A stretch of 64,000 bases of DNA from Eledone cirrhosa (lineage: Eukaryota). A model generated the notes under the pieces. It did no database searches. It had not been told where the DNA came from and worked only from the letters and a program-made list of their open reading frames with translations. The stretch spans positions 25,172,001-25,236,000 of the forward strand of contig OZ024745.1 in assembly GCA_964016885.1 (NCBI GenBank). The letters run 5' to 3'. How positions within the stretch are numbered: position 1 is the first letter of the stretch; every line of letters starts with the position of its first letter. A program made the position numbers and the translations under genes. Positions 52,354 to 64,000 of this stretch are shown here, piece by piece.

Positions 52354-53620
52354 TTTATATATACACACACACACACACACATTTATATATACACACACAT
52401 ATATATATATACACACACACACATTTATGTATACACATACACATATATATACACACACATTTATATATACACACACACATATATATATATACACACATTT
52501 ATATATACACACACATATATATATACATATATATCTATATACCATATAATCATATAAGCATACATACACATCTCTCTCTCTCTCTTCAACTGCTACCAAA
52601 GACATTCTCTATCTCCCTCTCTCTTATTTTCATTCTATTGCACTCTCCTCCTCCTCCTCCCTTATGTACTGCCCACACATACACATACATACACACTCAC
52701 ACATACATACACACACACTCTCTCTCACACACATACATACACACACTCTCTCTCACACATACACATACATACACACACACTCTCTCTCACACACACATAC
52801 ATACACACACACACACACTCTCTCTCTCACACACATACATACACACACTCTCTCTCTCACACATACACATACATACACACACACTCTCTCACACACACAT
52901 ACACACACACACACATACATACACACACACACTCTCTCTCACACATACACACACACACACACACATACATACACACACTCTCTCACACACACATACACAC
53001 ACACACACATACATACACACACACTCTCTCTCACACACATACACACACACACACACACATACATACACACACACACTCTCTCACACACACACACACACAC
53101 TCACACACACACACACTCACACACACTCACACACAAACAGTGGTCCTATATATGAAGTAGGGTGAGGGGTAGCTGGAGTCTTTTATTCAGCAGTATTGTT
53201 TTTTTTCTGCTTCACCCCCCCCCTCCTTTATTCTTCTCTAATTTTTTTCTTTCTGTCTCTTTCTCTCTCTCTCTCTTTTTCTTTCCTTCACTATCTGTCT
53301 CTCTCTCTCTTTTTCTCTCTCTTTCTTTCACTATCTATCTCTCTCTTTCTCTCTCTACCTGCCTCTCTCTTTCTCTATCTTTCTCTCTCTCACTATCTGT
53401 CTATCTTACTCTCTCTCACTCTCTCTCTCTCTATCTTTCTCTCTCTCACTATCTCACTACCTCTCTCTCTATCGTTCTCTCACTATCTCTCTATCTTACT
53501 CTCTCTTTCTCTCTCTCACTATCTGTCTATCTTTCCTTTACTTTCTGAGACTATTTCATATTGCCCCACCCTCTCTTTCTCACTATTTCTCTTTACCTCC
53601 CACCTCTCTCTCTCTCTCAC
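51955..53620. repeat. (CA)n/(TA)n/(CT)n microsatellite field
   Basis: Directly visible. Source of the long H/T/Y/I and S/L ORFs. Confidence 0.95.
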
Positions 53621-53627
53621 TCACATT

Positions 53628-53812
53628 GGATTGGCAGTAATGGTAGAGGGTCGGACGCCATGCTTTGACGCATAGAGTTACGGCCCTTGCCATTCTGAGT
53701 TCAAATCCCGCCGAGGTTAACTTTGCCTTTCATCCTTACGGGGTCGATAAAATAAAGTACCAGTAATGTACTGGGTAATTGCTGGCCTTGTGCCAAAAGT
53801 AGAAACAATTAT
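53628..53812 (+). mobile_element. Young Meta-like SINE
   Basis: Near-identical to the reverse complement of 12502-12677. Confidence 0.9.
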
Positions 53813-53971
53813 TTTTCTTTACCTTTTCTCTTGTTTTTTACACTTTCTCCTTCACCTCCTATCTCTCTCTTATTTCTTTCAATTTCTCTTTTACCTTCTA
53901 CCTCTTTTATTTCTTACACTTTCTTCCTTTTTTACTCTCTTTTTCTCACTTCACACTTTTTACTCAAGTTT

Positions 53972-54015
<44 letters not shown>

Positions 54016-54908
54016 TTCTTCTTTCCCCCTTTACTCTATTTCATTTATCTTTCTATCTTCTCATCTCTCTTGCTCATTCTGCTTTCCTGTTTATATATCA
54101 TCATCAGCATCATCAGCATCATCATCACCATCATCATCATCATCATCATTATTTTACATTGCCGTTTCCATGCTGGCATGGGTTGACCAGGGAATTTTGA
54201 GGCAGTGTTTACAGCCGGATGCCCTTCCTCACACCAACCCTTTTAGTCATTTCTTATGACACCTAGGGATATGATGCACTTATTTTCAACTGGATACACA
54301 TGGTCTAATATATATATATCCTTGGACTTATTTTTGCACTACCAAATGGTTTCGTGGGTGTAAATATGACCAACTCTTTCAGTTGCAATCAAAACAAGGA
54401 AATGATGTACATACATAGGCCTTCCCCAGGGAACAGTATCAACAAAAGAATGTCTAACTTATCATACAACAGAGATATCTTCAGAAGGTTTGTTCCTTGT
54501 TACAATAAAGCACTAACTTGAAGTGGATTTAAAGAAAACCGTGCACACATGGAGAAAATCCCACTTAGTCCCAAGATAGTGGGAAATGAAAAGATAAGTT
54601 GGTTAAATCCTCTACTCAACCTAGATGTATCTACAAGCCTCTCTAATAACCAGAAATATCATAAACTTCTAAACTTCATAATGTTATAGTTAGATTCTCC
54701 TGTTTAGGATGGGCATCAAGCTGTAAATTCCATGCTAAAATGGGACGTATGAGCAAAACGCAGTTGTCTGACCCTGCTTGTCTAGCTGCAAAATGTGACA
54801 AACCATCTAACTCATGTCACTGTGAAAAATTGATGTAAAACAGTGATATATATATATATATTGTTATATTGTTATACTTTGTTATATATATATACACACT
54901 GGAACCTG

Positions 54909-54969
<61 letters not shown>

Positions 54970-55130
54970 GAGGAAAATACGAAGGTGATACATATTTCAC
55001 TGATGATCATGGTCACTTGATTATTTAACCATTGTCGTGATCTCATCAGGCAGCAACATTGGGTAAAAGGTTACGTTTCTGAGGCAATCCTAGATGCAAG
55101 GGAATGGTAAAACATGTTTTTGTTAGGATT

Positions 55131-55400
55131 CATCATCATCATCATCATCACCGTTTTACGTCCGTTCTTCCACGCTAGCATGGGTTAGACGGGTTGTCCT
55201 GTTGTGGGCAGTGTCTGGTCGGCTGACCATGCCTTGCTCATACAGGAACTGATCTGGCTTGATTTCTACAGCTGGATGCCCTTCCTAACACCAACCTCAT
55301 TTACAGTGAGTGCTGGGTGCTTTTTCGTGGCGCCTACACGTCCACTTTACAGTGTGGGCTGGGTGCTTTTTTGCCGTGGCACCTCCACGACCACCTTGCG
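55131..55400 (-). mobile_element. SINE with RTE-type (GAT)n tail
   Basis: Well-preserved copy of the 985-1495 family. Confidence 0.8.
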
Positions 55401-55432
55401 GTGGGGGGGGGGGGGCATATTGTTTATATGCT

Positions 55433-56265
55433 TCAGCATGTACCCATGGGAGGTCGGGTACCCTGTATTACTGCGTGACGCCAGAAGTCACGGTCGTGTG
55501 TCATTGACTTTGAGAGGTGTAGTTGGGTAAGGTCGGCTTTTATCACCTCATCCCAAGTCATCTTGGGTCTCCCCACTCCGCGGTTTCCATCAACTTCTAG
55601 TGCTCTGCACCTTTTTATGCAGCTGTCATCCTTCATACGCATCACATGTCCATACCAGCGTAACCGCCTCTCCTGCACGCAGCATTTGATTCCTCTTATG
55701 CTCAGTCTCTCTCTCAATTCCTTTATGCTTTGTCGTTCACGTATATTACTGTTACACATCCATCGGAGCATGCAGGCTTCGTTTCTCTCTAATCTACGTA
55801 AGTCTTCCACCTTCAGCGCCCAGGTCTCACTACCATCGCTGTTCGGATACACGCATCATACAGTCTGCTTTTCATTCTGAGGGAGAAGCCTTTTGCAGCT
55901 AGCAGTGGTAGTAGTTCCCTAAACTTCTTCCATCCCGTTCTTACCCTAGTTATTGTACTTTCTGAGCACTCACCTCCGTTGCTAATTCGGTCACCTAGGT
56001 AGCAGAAGCTGTCTACTGTTTCTACAGGGCCCTCCCAGAGATTGGTTGTACTTGTTTCCTGTGGCTGTTTGCTTGCTGTTTCAGCACAGCTGCTGCATGT
56101 GAATCCTACATTCTTAATTAAGCTTCCTGAGATCCCGCTACATCTCTTGTGTACCCATTGTTTGCATTTGGGGCAGAGAATGGAGTTCCTACCTACACCT
56201 TTCCTACATACTGAGCAAGGCCATTTCCCTGAGGGGATCTGGGTTCTGCCCGTTGTTTTGTAGGA
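55433..56265 (-). mobile_element. RTE-clade LINE 3' portion, frameshifted
   Basis: VDSFCYLG..GWKKFRELLPLL, GSETWAL, RLRWYGHVMR..GRPKMTWDEVIKADL. A Cys-rich CSVC..CPKCKQWVHKRC segment lies upstream. Confidence 0.92.
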
Positions 56266-56923
56266 ACTGCCCTGGGAGACCCGCAGCAACTGCCATAGCT
56301 ATTTATTTGTGCCCTCGGCTGGGGTTTTTAGTTGTAGGATGGTTAGAATTTTTTAAATTTAATACCTGTATGTATAACTTTTCAATTCCAATTATTTGTG
56401 CCAAGCTAACTTTGATTTGTAAAATGGGGTGGGGAGAGGTTGCTGTGTATTTTGATTTTTTTGTGTATGAGGGTCCCCCCAAAACCTGAACTGCCTAGGC
56501 CCCCCCACCCCCCCAGGTCTAAATCCAACCTTGCCCTCCCCTCTCTAAACATTAAAAATATTTACTCACACCCAATACTGTCTTTCTTGTATTTTATCTA
56601 TGATTGTCAGTCTCATTCTAATACTCTCTCTCTAACTTCACAACTCATACTCTATCTGGCTAAACCCTTAATTTTCTTAACATCCAAGAACATCCCCTTT
56701 CTGTTTCCCCCTTCCTTCACCTGCACCTTAACTCCATTGAACTCACTGCCCCCCCCCCCCCTACTCACACACATTGGTTTGCTTTTACTGAATGGAAAAA
56801 AGGGTTTTCTCTCTATCTGAAGGTGGGGAGGTGGTTGATCTGTCTTAGAATAAAAAGGGAAGCTGAGCTAGCCTCCTCAATGAAATGTTTACTCCCTTCC
56901 CCTTACTTCCACACACACACACA

Positions 56924-56963
<40 letters not shown>

Positions 56964-57236
56964 TCACTATCTTACCCCCTCTCTCTCCCATCTTTCTCTA
57001 CTGCAATATCTTAGTCTTTTTTCCCTTTTTTCTTTTTTTTTTAAAATTCCTATTGACTTCTATTGTAACTCTAGCCTGAAAATCTGGTTGTTACTGTTAT
57101 TTTAGCCCCAGGTTATTTCAGGCCTGATCAAGCTACCTATCTATCATCAAAATCATTCCAGCCATGACCATCCCTAGTTCAGGCATTGCTGTGAATGTGT
57201 TTGCATTGTGTGGCCTCTTAGGAAAATGTCTTCTAC

Positions 57237-57985
57237 TGAGGCCTAGTAAGTGTAGCAACCTTGAATATTTGCCATGATGAGCTCTAGTAATTGTAGCAAC
57301 CTTGAATATTTGTCATGATGAGGTCTAGTAATTGTAGCAACCTTGAATATTTGCCATGATGAGATCTAGTAACTGTAGCAACCTTGAAGGTTTGTCATGA
57401 TGAGGTCTAGCAATTGTAACAACCTTGAAGGTTTGTCATGGTGAGGTCTAGTAATTGTAGCAACCTTGAAGGTTTGCCATGATGAGGTCTAGCAATTGTA
57501 GCAACCTTGAAGGTTTATCATGATGAGGTCTAGCAATTGTAGCAACCTTGAAGGTTTGCCATGATGAGCTCTAGTAATTGTAGCAACCTTGAAGGTTTGT
57601 CATGATGAGGTCTAGCAATTGTAGCAACCTTGAAGGTTTGCCATGATGAGCTCTAGTAATTGTAGCAACCTTGAAGGTTTGTCATGATGAGGTCTAGCAA
57701 TTGTAACAACCTTGAAGGTTTGTCATGATGAGGTCTAGCAATTGTAGCAACCTTGAAGGTTTGCCATGGTGAGGTCTAGCAATTGTAACAACCTTGAAGG
57801 TTTGTCATGATGAGGTCTAGCAATTGTAACAACCTTGAAGGTTTGTCATGATGAGGTCTAGCAATTGTAGCAACTTTGAATATTTGCCATGATAAGGTCT
57901 AGCAATTGTAGCAACTTTGAATATTTGCCATGATAAGGTCTAGCAAGTGTAGCAACCTTGAAGGTTTATCATGATGTGGTCTATC
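57237..57985. repeat. 41-bp minisatellite, ~18 copies
   Basis: Unit gaggtctagcaattgtagcaaccttgaaggtttgtcatgat. Confidence 0.96.
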
Positions 57986-58462
57986 AACTTTGAAGGTGTA
58001 CTGTTCATAAACCAAGTACTGGCAGTCGATTCAATTGTCAATACACACCTCCAGTATAAATTTATGACCTTGTAGTACTAATGTAAGAAACCATTATTAT
58101 TTCTTCTTCTTCTTCTTCTTCTTCTTCTTCTTCTTCTCCTTCTCCTCCTCCTCCTCCTTGGTTGCTACTACTACTACTACTACTACTCCAGCTGCTACTC
58201 TCTAACAGTAAAAAAATCTTGTGTCAATGAACCTAGTTCCCATTACATAGCAACATTGTTGATAAGTGTACAAGTTTCTGTAGTGAGTGGGGGGGGAGTG
58301 AGGAAGGAGGGAGGGAGAGAGAAGTGAGAGGCAGATAAACTAAGAGAGAGAGAGATCTGAAAGAAAAATATTTCTCATCTATGCCAGGATTGTAAATGCC
58401 ATGAGAGGATTTGCAAAATGTCCTAAAATTGTTTGACTGGTAATAAAACTGAAAGAGAGAGA

Positions 58463-59030
58463 TGAGGGGTGAGTCTAGAAGTGGAGGGTGAGGGGTGAGT
58501 CTAGAAGTGAGGGGTGAGTCTAAAGTGGAGGGTGAGAGGTGAGTCTAGAGGTGGAGGGTGAGGGGTGAGTCTAGAAGAGGGGGGTGAGAGGTGAGTCTAG
58601 AGGTGGAGGGTGAGGGGTGAGTCTAGAAGTGGAGGGTGAGGGGTGAGTCTAGAAGTGAGGGGTGAGTCTAGAAGTGGAGGGTGAGTCTAGAAGTGGAGGG
58701 TGAGGGTGAGTCTAGAAGTGGAGGGTGGAGGGTGAGGGGTGAGTCTAGAAGTGAGGGGCGAGTCTAGAAGAGGGGGGTGAGAGGTGAGTCTAGAGGTGGA
58801 GGGTGAGGGGTGAGTCTAGAAGTGGAGGGTGAGGGGTGAGTCTAGAAGTGAGGGGTAAGGGGTGAGTCTAGAAGTGAGGGGGGGGGGTCTAGAAGTGAGG
58901 GGGTGAGTCTAGAAGAGTGGGGGTGAGAGGCGAGTCTAGAGGTGGAGGGTGAGGGGTGAGTCTAGAAGAGAGAGGTGAGGGGTGAGTCTAGAAGTGAGGG
59001 TGAGGGGTGAGTCTAGAAGTGGAGGGTGAG
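58463..59030. repeat. G-rich 20-26-bp minisatellite containing TCTAGA
   Basis: gaggggtgagtctagaagtggagggt and variants. Confidence 0.95.
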
Positions 59031-59544
59031 TGGAACAAAATTAACAATAACAAAAACAAACAAAACAAAGAAAATATTTCATGTGTACATAATGGTTTAT
59101 TATCTAGAACTTAAGGTTTTTGAGTGTTGTCTTATACATGTACATACATATACACACATACATACACACATACACACATACACACACACGCATACACACA
59201 CACACATACATATACACACATACACATACACAGATGCACATACACAAATACACATACACACATACACATACATGCATACACACATACACATATGCATACA
59301 CACATACACACACACATACACATACACACATATACACTTTCTCTCTCTCACACAAATACATACACACACTCTCACACATTCACACACACACACACATGTA
59401 TATGTATATAACACAGACATATTGGCATCAGAATACATCTGTTTTTTCATGCTGGCCCTGAATTAGTCAGTGCTACTTCATAGTCTCTCTCTGTCTCTCT
59501 CTGTCTCTCTCTCACTCTCTCTGTCTCTCTCACACACTCTCTCC

Positions 59545-59575
<31 letters not shown>

Positions 59576-61074
59576 ACACACTCTTTCACTCTTTCTCTTT
59601 CACACTCTTTCACTCTCTCTCTCCCTTTCATACTCTCTCTGTCTCTCTCTCACTCTCTCTCTCACTCTCTCTCATACTCTCTCTATCTCTCACACACTCT
59701 CTCTGTCTCGCTCTCTCACTCTATCTCTCTCTCTCCCTCACTCTCTCTCTTCCTTTCATACTCTCTCTCACTCTCTCTCTCTCCCTCTCATACTCTCTCT
59801 GTCTCTCTCTCACTCTCACTCTCTCACTCACTCTCACTCTCACACTCTCTCTCTCACTCTCTCTCTCACTCTCTCACTCACTCTCACTCTCTCTCTCACT
59901 CTCTCTCTCACCCTCTTTCTGTCTCTCTCCCATGTTCTTTCTTCTTTATCTGTCTCTCTCTTCACATTGCCCTTCCCCACAGTCAGTTTCTCTGTCAGTT
60001 TTAGGTCTCTTAAATCAGCTCTAACTACCTCCTTTCAGGTTTTTTCCTTGGCTTACCTCTGCTCTGAATACCAGCAGTCACCCCAGCTTACATACAGACA
60101 CTTGTTCACCCAGTTCTCATCATTCATTCTCACTAGTCTTTTCTCACTTGGTATTTTATTTTTCCTCTTTTAATTTCCCAGCCATCTTCTGTGCCCCTCT
60201 CTCTTAGAGGTAGCTTGTGATTTTGTGTATATGTGTGTTATCTGATTCCATGTACTGTGTTATATGCATGTGTGTGTATGTGTGTGTATTTCTTCTCTCC
60301 ATGCAGACAGAACAAGGTCAGTAACAGGAAGGTAGACTTTATTCAGTATGCAGACAAAATGTGGATAGAAATTCAATACTATACACAGGCAGTGCAACCA
60401 GTGGGGGTTCTAGAAAAGAGGTGTAATGACATTGCAGTCAACCAGCCAGACGGGCAGATTGATGGTGCACCTATATTTTAAGTGCTCCATATCTGCCAAT
60501 ACAGCAGACAACATAATTCTAAATGTGAAGACAATGATTTGCTGAAAGGGGGAATTGTTTGGTTAGTAACAGTAATATGCTATGTCTTCAAAGAGTTAAA
60601 CAGCTCAACCAATAGCTATTGTTGTTTAGCCATAGGTCTACACTGGTTGTGCAGACCTATGATTAAAGACTTTCCAAGCCTGATCACTCTGTTTTCAGAC
60701 ATTGCATTGGTCTATATAATTCAGCATGCATTTCTTTTTTTATAAGATGACAAGAAGCATTTTAACCATTTAGCATTTACATTACTCTATATATATACTA
60801 TTGTATTTTCACCGTAAACACTTTATTTCACATAATTATCTCATATAATATTGAAAATGAGATTCTGATATTATATATTTTGAGAACAATACCTTTGCAT
60901 CAGTATGAGCAGCTGGTAATGGCCGGTTTGAACAGAAAGAGATGAGACGATTCTGGCCAGATACAGCCGGTTTAAATGTTAAAGGGTTAAGGTAATTTCT
61001 CTTGCTGAAGCAGGGTTAACTTTGTGGGGCCTCGTGATAAGTTTCACTACTTTTTTTCTATTGTCTGTATCCCC

Positions 61075-61690
61075 CTCACCAACCTCACTGGTTTCCATTT
61101 CTTCCTCCATTTTCCCCAGCCATGTCTGTTTTTTGGTCTTCCCCTTCTATTTCCTTCCACATTCATAGCCATGATGCCTCTCACCCAGTTACTTTCATCC
61201 ATCCTCAACACATGACCCAACCGTCTCATTCCATTCTCTTCACAACATTCATCACTAGCTTTATTCCCATCATCCCCTGCAGTTCATTGTTTGTGTTCCT
61301 CAGTGATACTCCACCAATCCACTGAACCATTCTCAATTCTGTTCTTTCCCCTGCTGCTCCATGTTTAACATCCATGTTCACTCCCATAACATCCTGGTAC
61401 ATACACCATGCAGCATACACTTTTCTTTTTAGTTTCAGTGACACTCCCTCCTTATTTAGCATACCACTCAGTTGCCAGAACTGAATGCCACAGAGTCTGA
61501 GCCATCTTCTCAATTCAACATCTTTCATAGATCACAAAGTATTTTCACACAATTCTCAACCTCCAGCTCAACATCCTCATCATCTGTAGCTTCTCCTATA
61601 TACATTTTACACTTAAATGTAGCTACTACATTATTTAATAATCCTTTCACATCACTAAATTTTCACTACATCTCCCCAGCCCATATCATA
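61075..61690 (-). mobile_element. Degenerate RTE LINE fragment
   Basis: FWQLSGML..SLKLKRKVY, ERTELRMVQWIGGVSL, GHVLRMDESNWVR..VEGNRRGRPK. Confidence 0.82.
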
Positions 61691-62635
61691 CACCAGAGAT
61701 GAGGATCCTGTCACATTCTATGCCATTCTGTGCAGCCTTTTGAAAGAATAAAATTTCCAACAAATTTTTATTATGTTTTAGTCTATCTCTTATTTTAATT
61801 TCAACCATAAGATAAATGTATTTTAAATACCAAAGAGTAAAAGAAAATTCAACAAAATAATCCACAATGACAGACATCCAGAATTAAAACATTAGTAGAT
61901 CATAAGAGCTATTTCAGCACTTTCTATACTCATGGTTTAATTCTAATGTGATTCTAGAATGTACATTAAATTCCTGCTTGACTGGAGCCACTGTCACCCA
62001 AGGCTGGTTGGTGAGAACCCACGGGGATTTAGTATGCCAGTGATTATCAAAATTTTAAGAATATATAATTATGGTTTCTTGAATGCAGCCTTATTATATT
62101 ACAACATCTTAATGCAGCCTTTCTACATGAAAAGGTTTCCCACCTCTGTTATACACCTTTCTTGCACACTACCACTTTCCTCTTCTTTCCATCACATACT
62201 TATTTACTCTTTTCCGATCTCATTTTCTGGTTGGTGGTGAATTGATGGTCTCTTTTGTTTTTGTTTACTTTTTTATCTCTATGGCCATATATTTTGGTGT
62301 GTTATATTTGTAAGCTTCTTGACCACTTACCATCACCTTCATACATTTTGCTTCCATACATTCCTTCCAGCTATTCATCTTTACCTTCAGTCCATCCATA
62401 CTTCCTGCATGAAACAACTCTCATGATAAATTTTTCTTTACACTTTAAGCAAATCATATCTTCACAACTACAAGTGGCAGTGGGTTTATATATAAGACAG
62501 TAGGGAGTAATTTGAAGGAGATTAGGCAGCTATATCTAGCAGGTCAAGTAACCAAGTAGAGGCTTCTCATTTGATTTTAAACTTATTGGCAGTAATAATT
62601 GTGTTGCTGTTGATGTTTTATAGTATTAACAATGT

Positions 62636-64000
62636 CACTACCACCACAAATTGCAGCCAACCACCACCACTACTACTACTACCACTGCCACCACCACCAC
62701 TACTACCACCACCACCACTACTACTACTACCACTGCCACCACCACCACTACTACCAACACCACCACCACTACTACTACCACTGCCACCACTACTACTACT
62801 ACCACCACCACCACCACAACCACCAACACTACAACCACCACAATTGCAGCCAACCACCACTACTACAACTACCATCGCCACCACTACCACCACCACCTCC
62901 ACTACAACCACCATCACTGCCACCTCCTCACTATCACCACCACCTCCACTACCACCACCACCATTACCACCACCACCACCATCACCACCACCATTACCAC
63001 CACCACCACCATCACCACCATCACCACCACCACTACCACCACCACCACCACTACCACCACCATCACCACCACCACTACCACCACCACCATTACCACCACC
63101 ACCACCATTACCACCACCACCACCATCACCACTACCACCACCATCACCACCACCACCACCACCACCACCACTACCACCACCATCACCACCACCACTACCA
63201 CCACCACCATTACCACCACCACCACCATCACCACCACCATTACCACCACCACCATCACCACCACCACTACCACCACCACCATTACCACCACCACCACCAT
63301 CACCACCACCATTACCACCACCACCACCACTACCAACGCCACCATCACCACCACCACTACCACCACCACCACCACTACCACCACCACCACTACCACCACC
63401 ACCACCACCACCATCACCACCACCATTACCACCACCACCACCATCACCACCACCATCACCACCACCATTACCACCACCACCACCATCACCACCACCACTA
63501 TCACCACCACCACCACTACCACCACCATCACTACCACCACTACCACCACCACCACCACTACCACCATCACCACCACTACCACCACCACCACTACCACCAT
63601 CACCACCACCACCACCACCACCATCACCACCACCACTACCACCACCACCACCACCACCACCACTACCACCACCACTACCACCATCACCACCACCACCACC
63701 ACCACCACCACCATCACCACCACCACCACCACTACCACCACCACCACCACTACCACCATCACCACCACTACCACCACCACCACCACTACCACCATCACCA
63801 CCACTACCACCACCACCACTACCACCATCACCACCACCACCACCACTACCACCACCATCACCACCACCACTACCACCACCACCACCACTACCACCATCAC
63901 CACCACCACCACCACCATCACCACTACCACCATCACCACCACCACCACCATCACCACCACCACTACCACCACCACCACCACCACCACCACCATCACCACC
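62636..64000. repeat. (ACC)n-based trinucleotide array running off the window end
   Basis: ACC/ACT/ATC triplets. The poly-Val ORF is an artefact. Confidence 0.97.

Noticed and set aside
51745-53675. Long ORFs (up to 460 aa) rich in H/T/Y/I or S/L; also poly-Val at 62914-63999 and poly-FLSF at 12616-13200
   Set aside because: Translations of di-, tri- and tetranucleotide microsatellites.
53628-53715. tRNA gene (A/B-box-like GGCAGTAATGG...GAGTTCAAATCCC)
   Set aside because: It is the tRNA-derived head of a multi-copy SINE, with no cloverleaf.
54985-55065. Minus-strand CTGATGA...GAAA-TATG-TA hammerhead candidate
   Set aside because: No stem I pairing, and six extra bases separate the stem II helix from GAAA.
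60307-60481. Candidate ZIP11 last exon on the + strand
   Set aside because: No similarity to the expected terminal TM segment, and splicing from 4779 would create TGA at the junction.

Overview
AT-rich, repeat-dense animal genomic DNA. The tRNA-derived SINE families and microsatellite load look like an octopod cephalopod (inference, not verified by search). The only host gene I can support is three internal + strand coding exons of the zinc transporter ZIP11/SLC39A11 (627-696, 1601-1699, 4621-4779). Its final exon was not found downstream, so much of the window may be one long intron. The rest is SINEs, RTE/CR1/Vingi LINE relics, two Helitrons, a mariner relic, MITEs, minisatellites, microsatellites and a 200-N gap. 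Most ORF-track entries are microsatellite artefacts. The most interesting signal is a set of minimal type I hammerhead ribozyme motifs of the Penelope-like-element kind. Intact cores lie at 5367-5454 and 47346-47391 on the ZIP11 sense strand. Most of these motifs sit inside fold-back (palindromic) inserts next to (TA)n tracts, clustered just downstream of the last ZIP11 exon seen. Repeat boundaries are read by eye and approximate unless a TSD or terminus is quoted.
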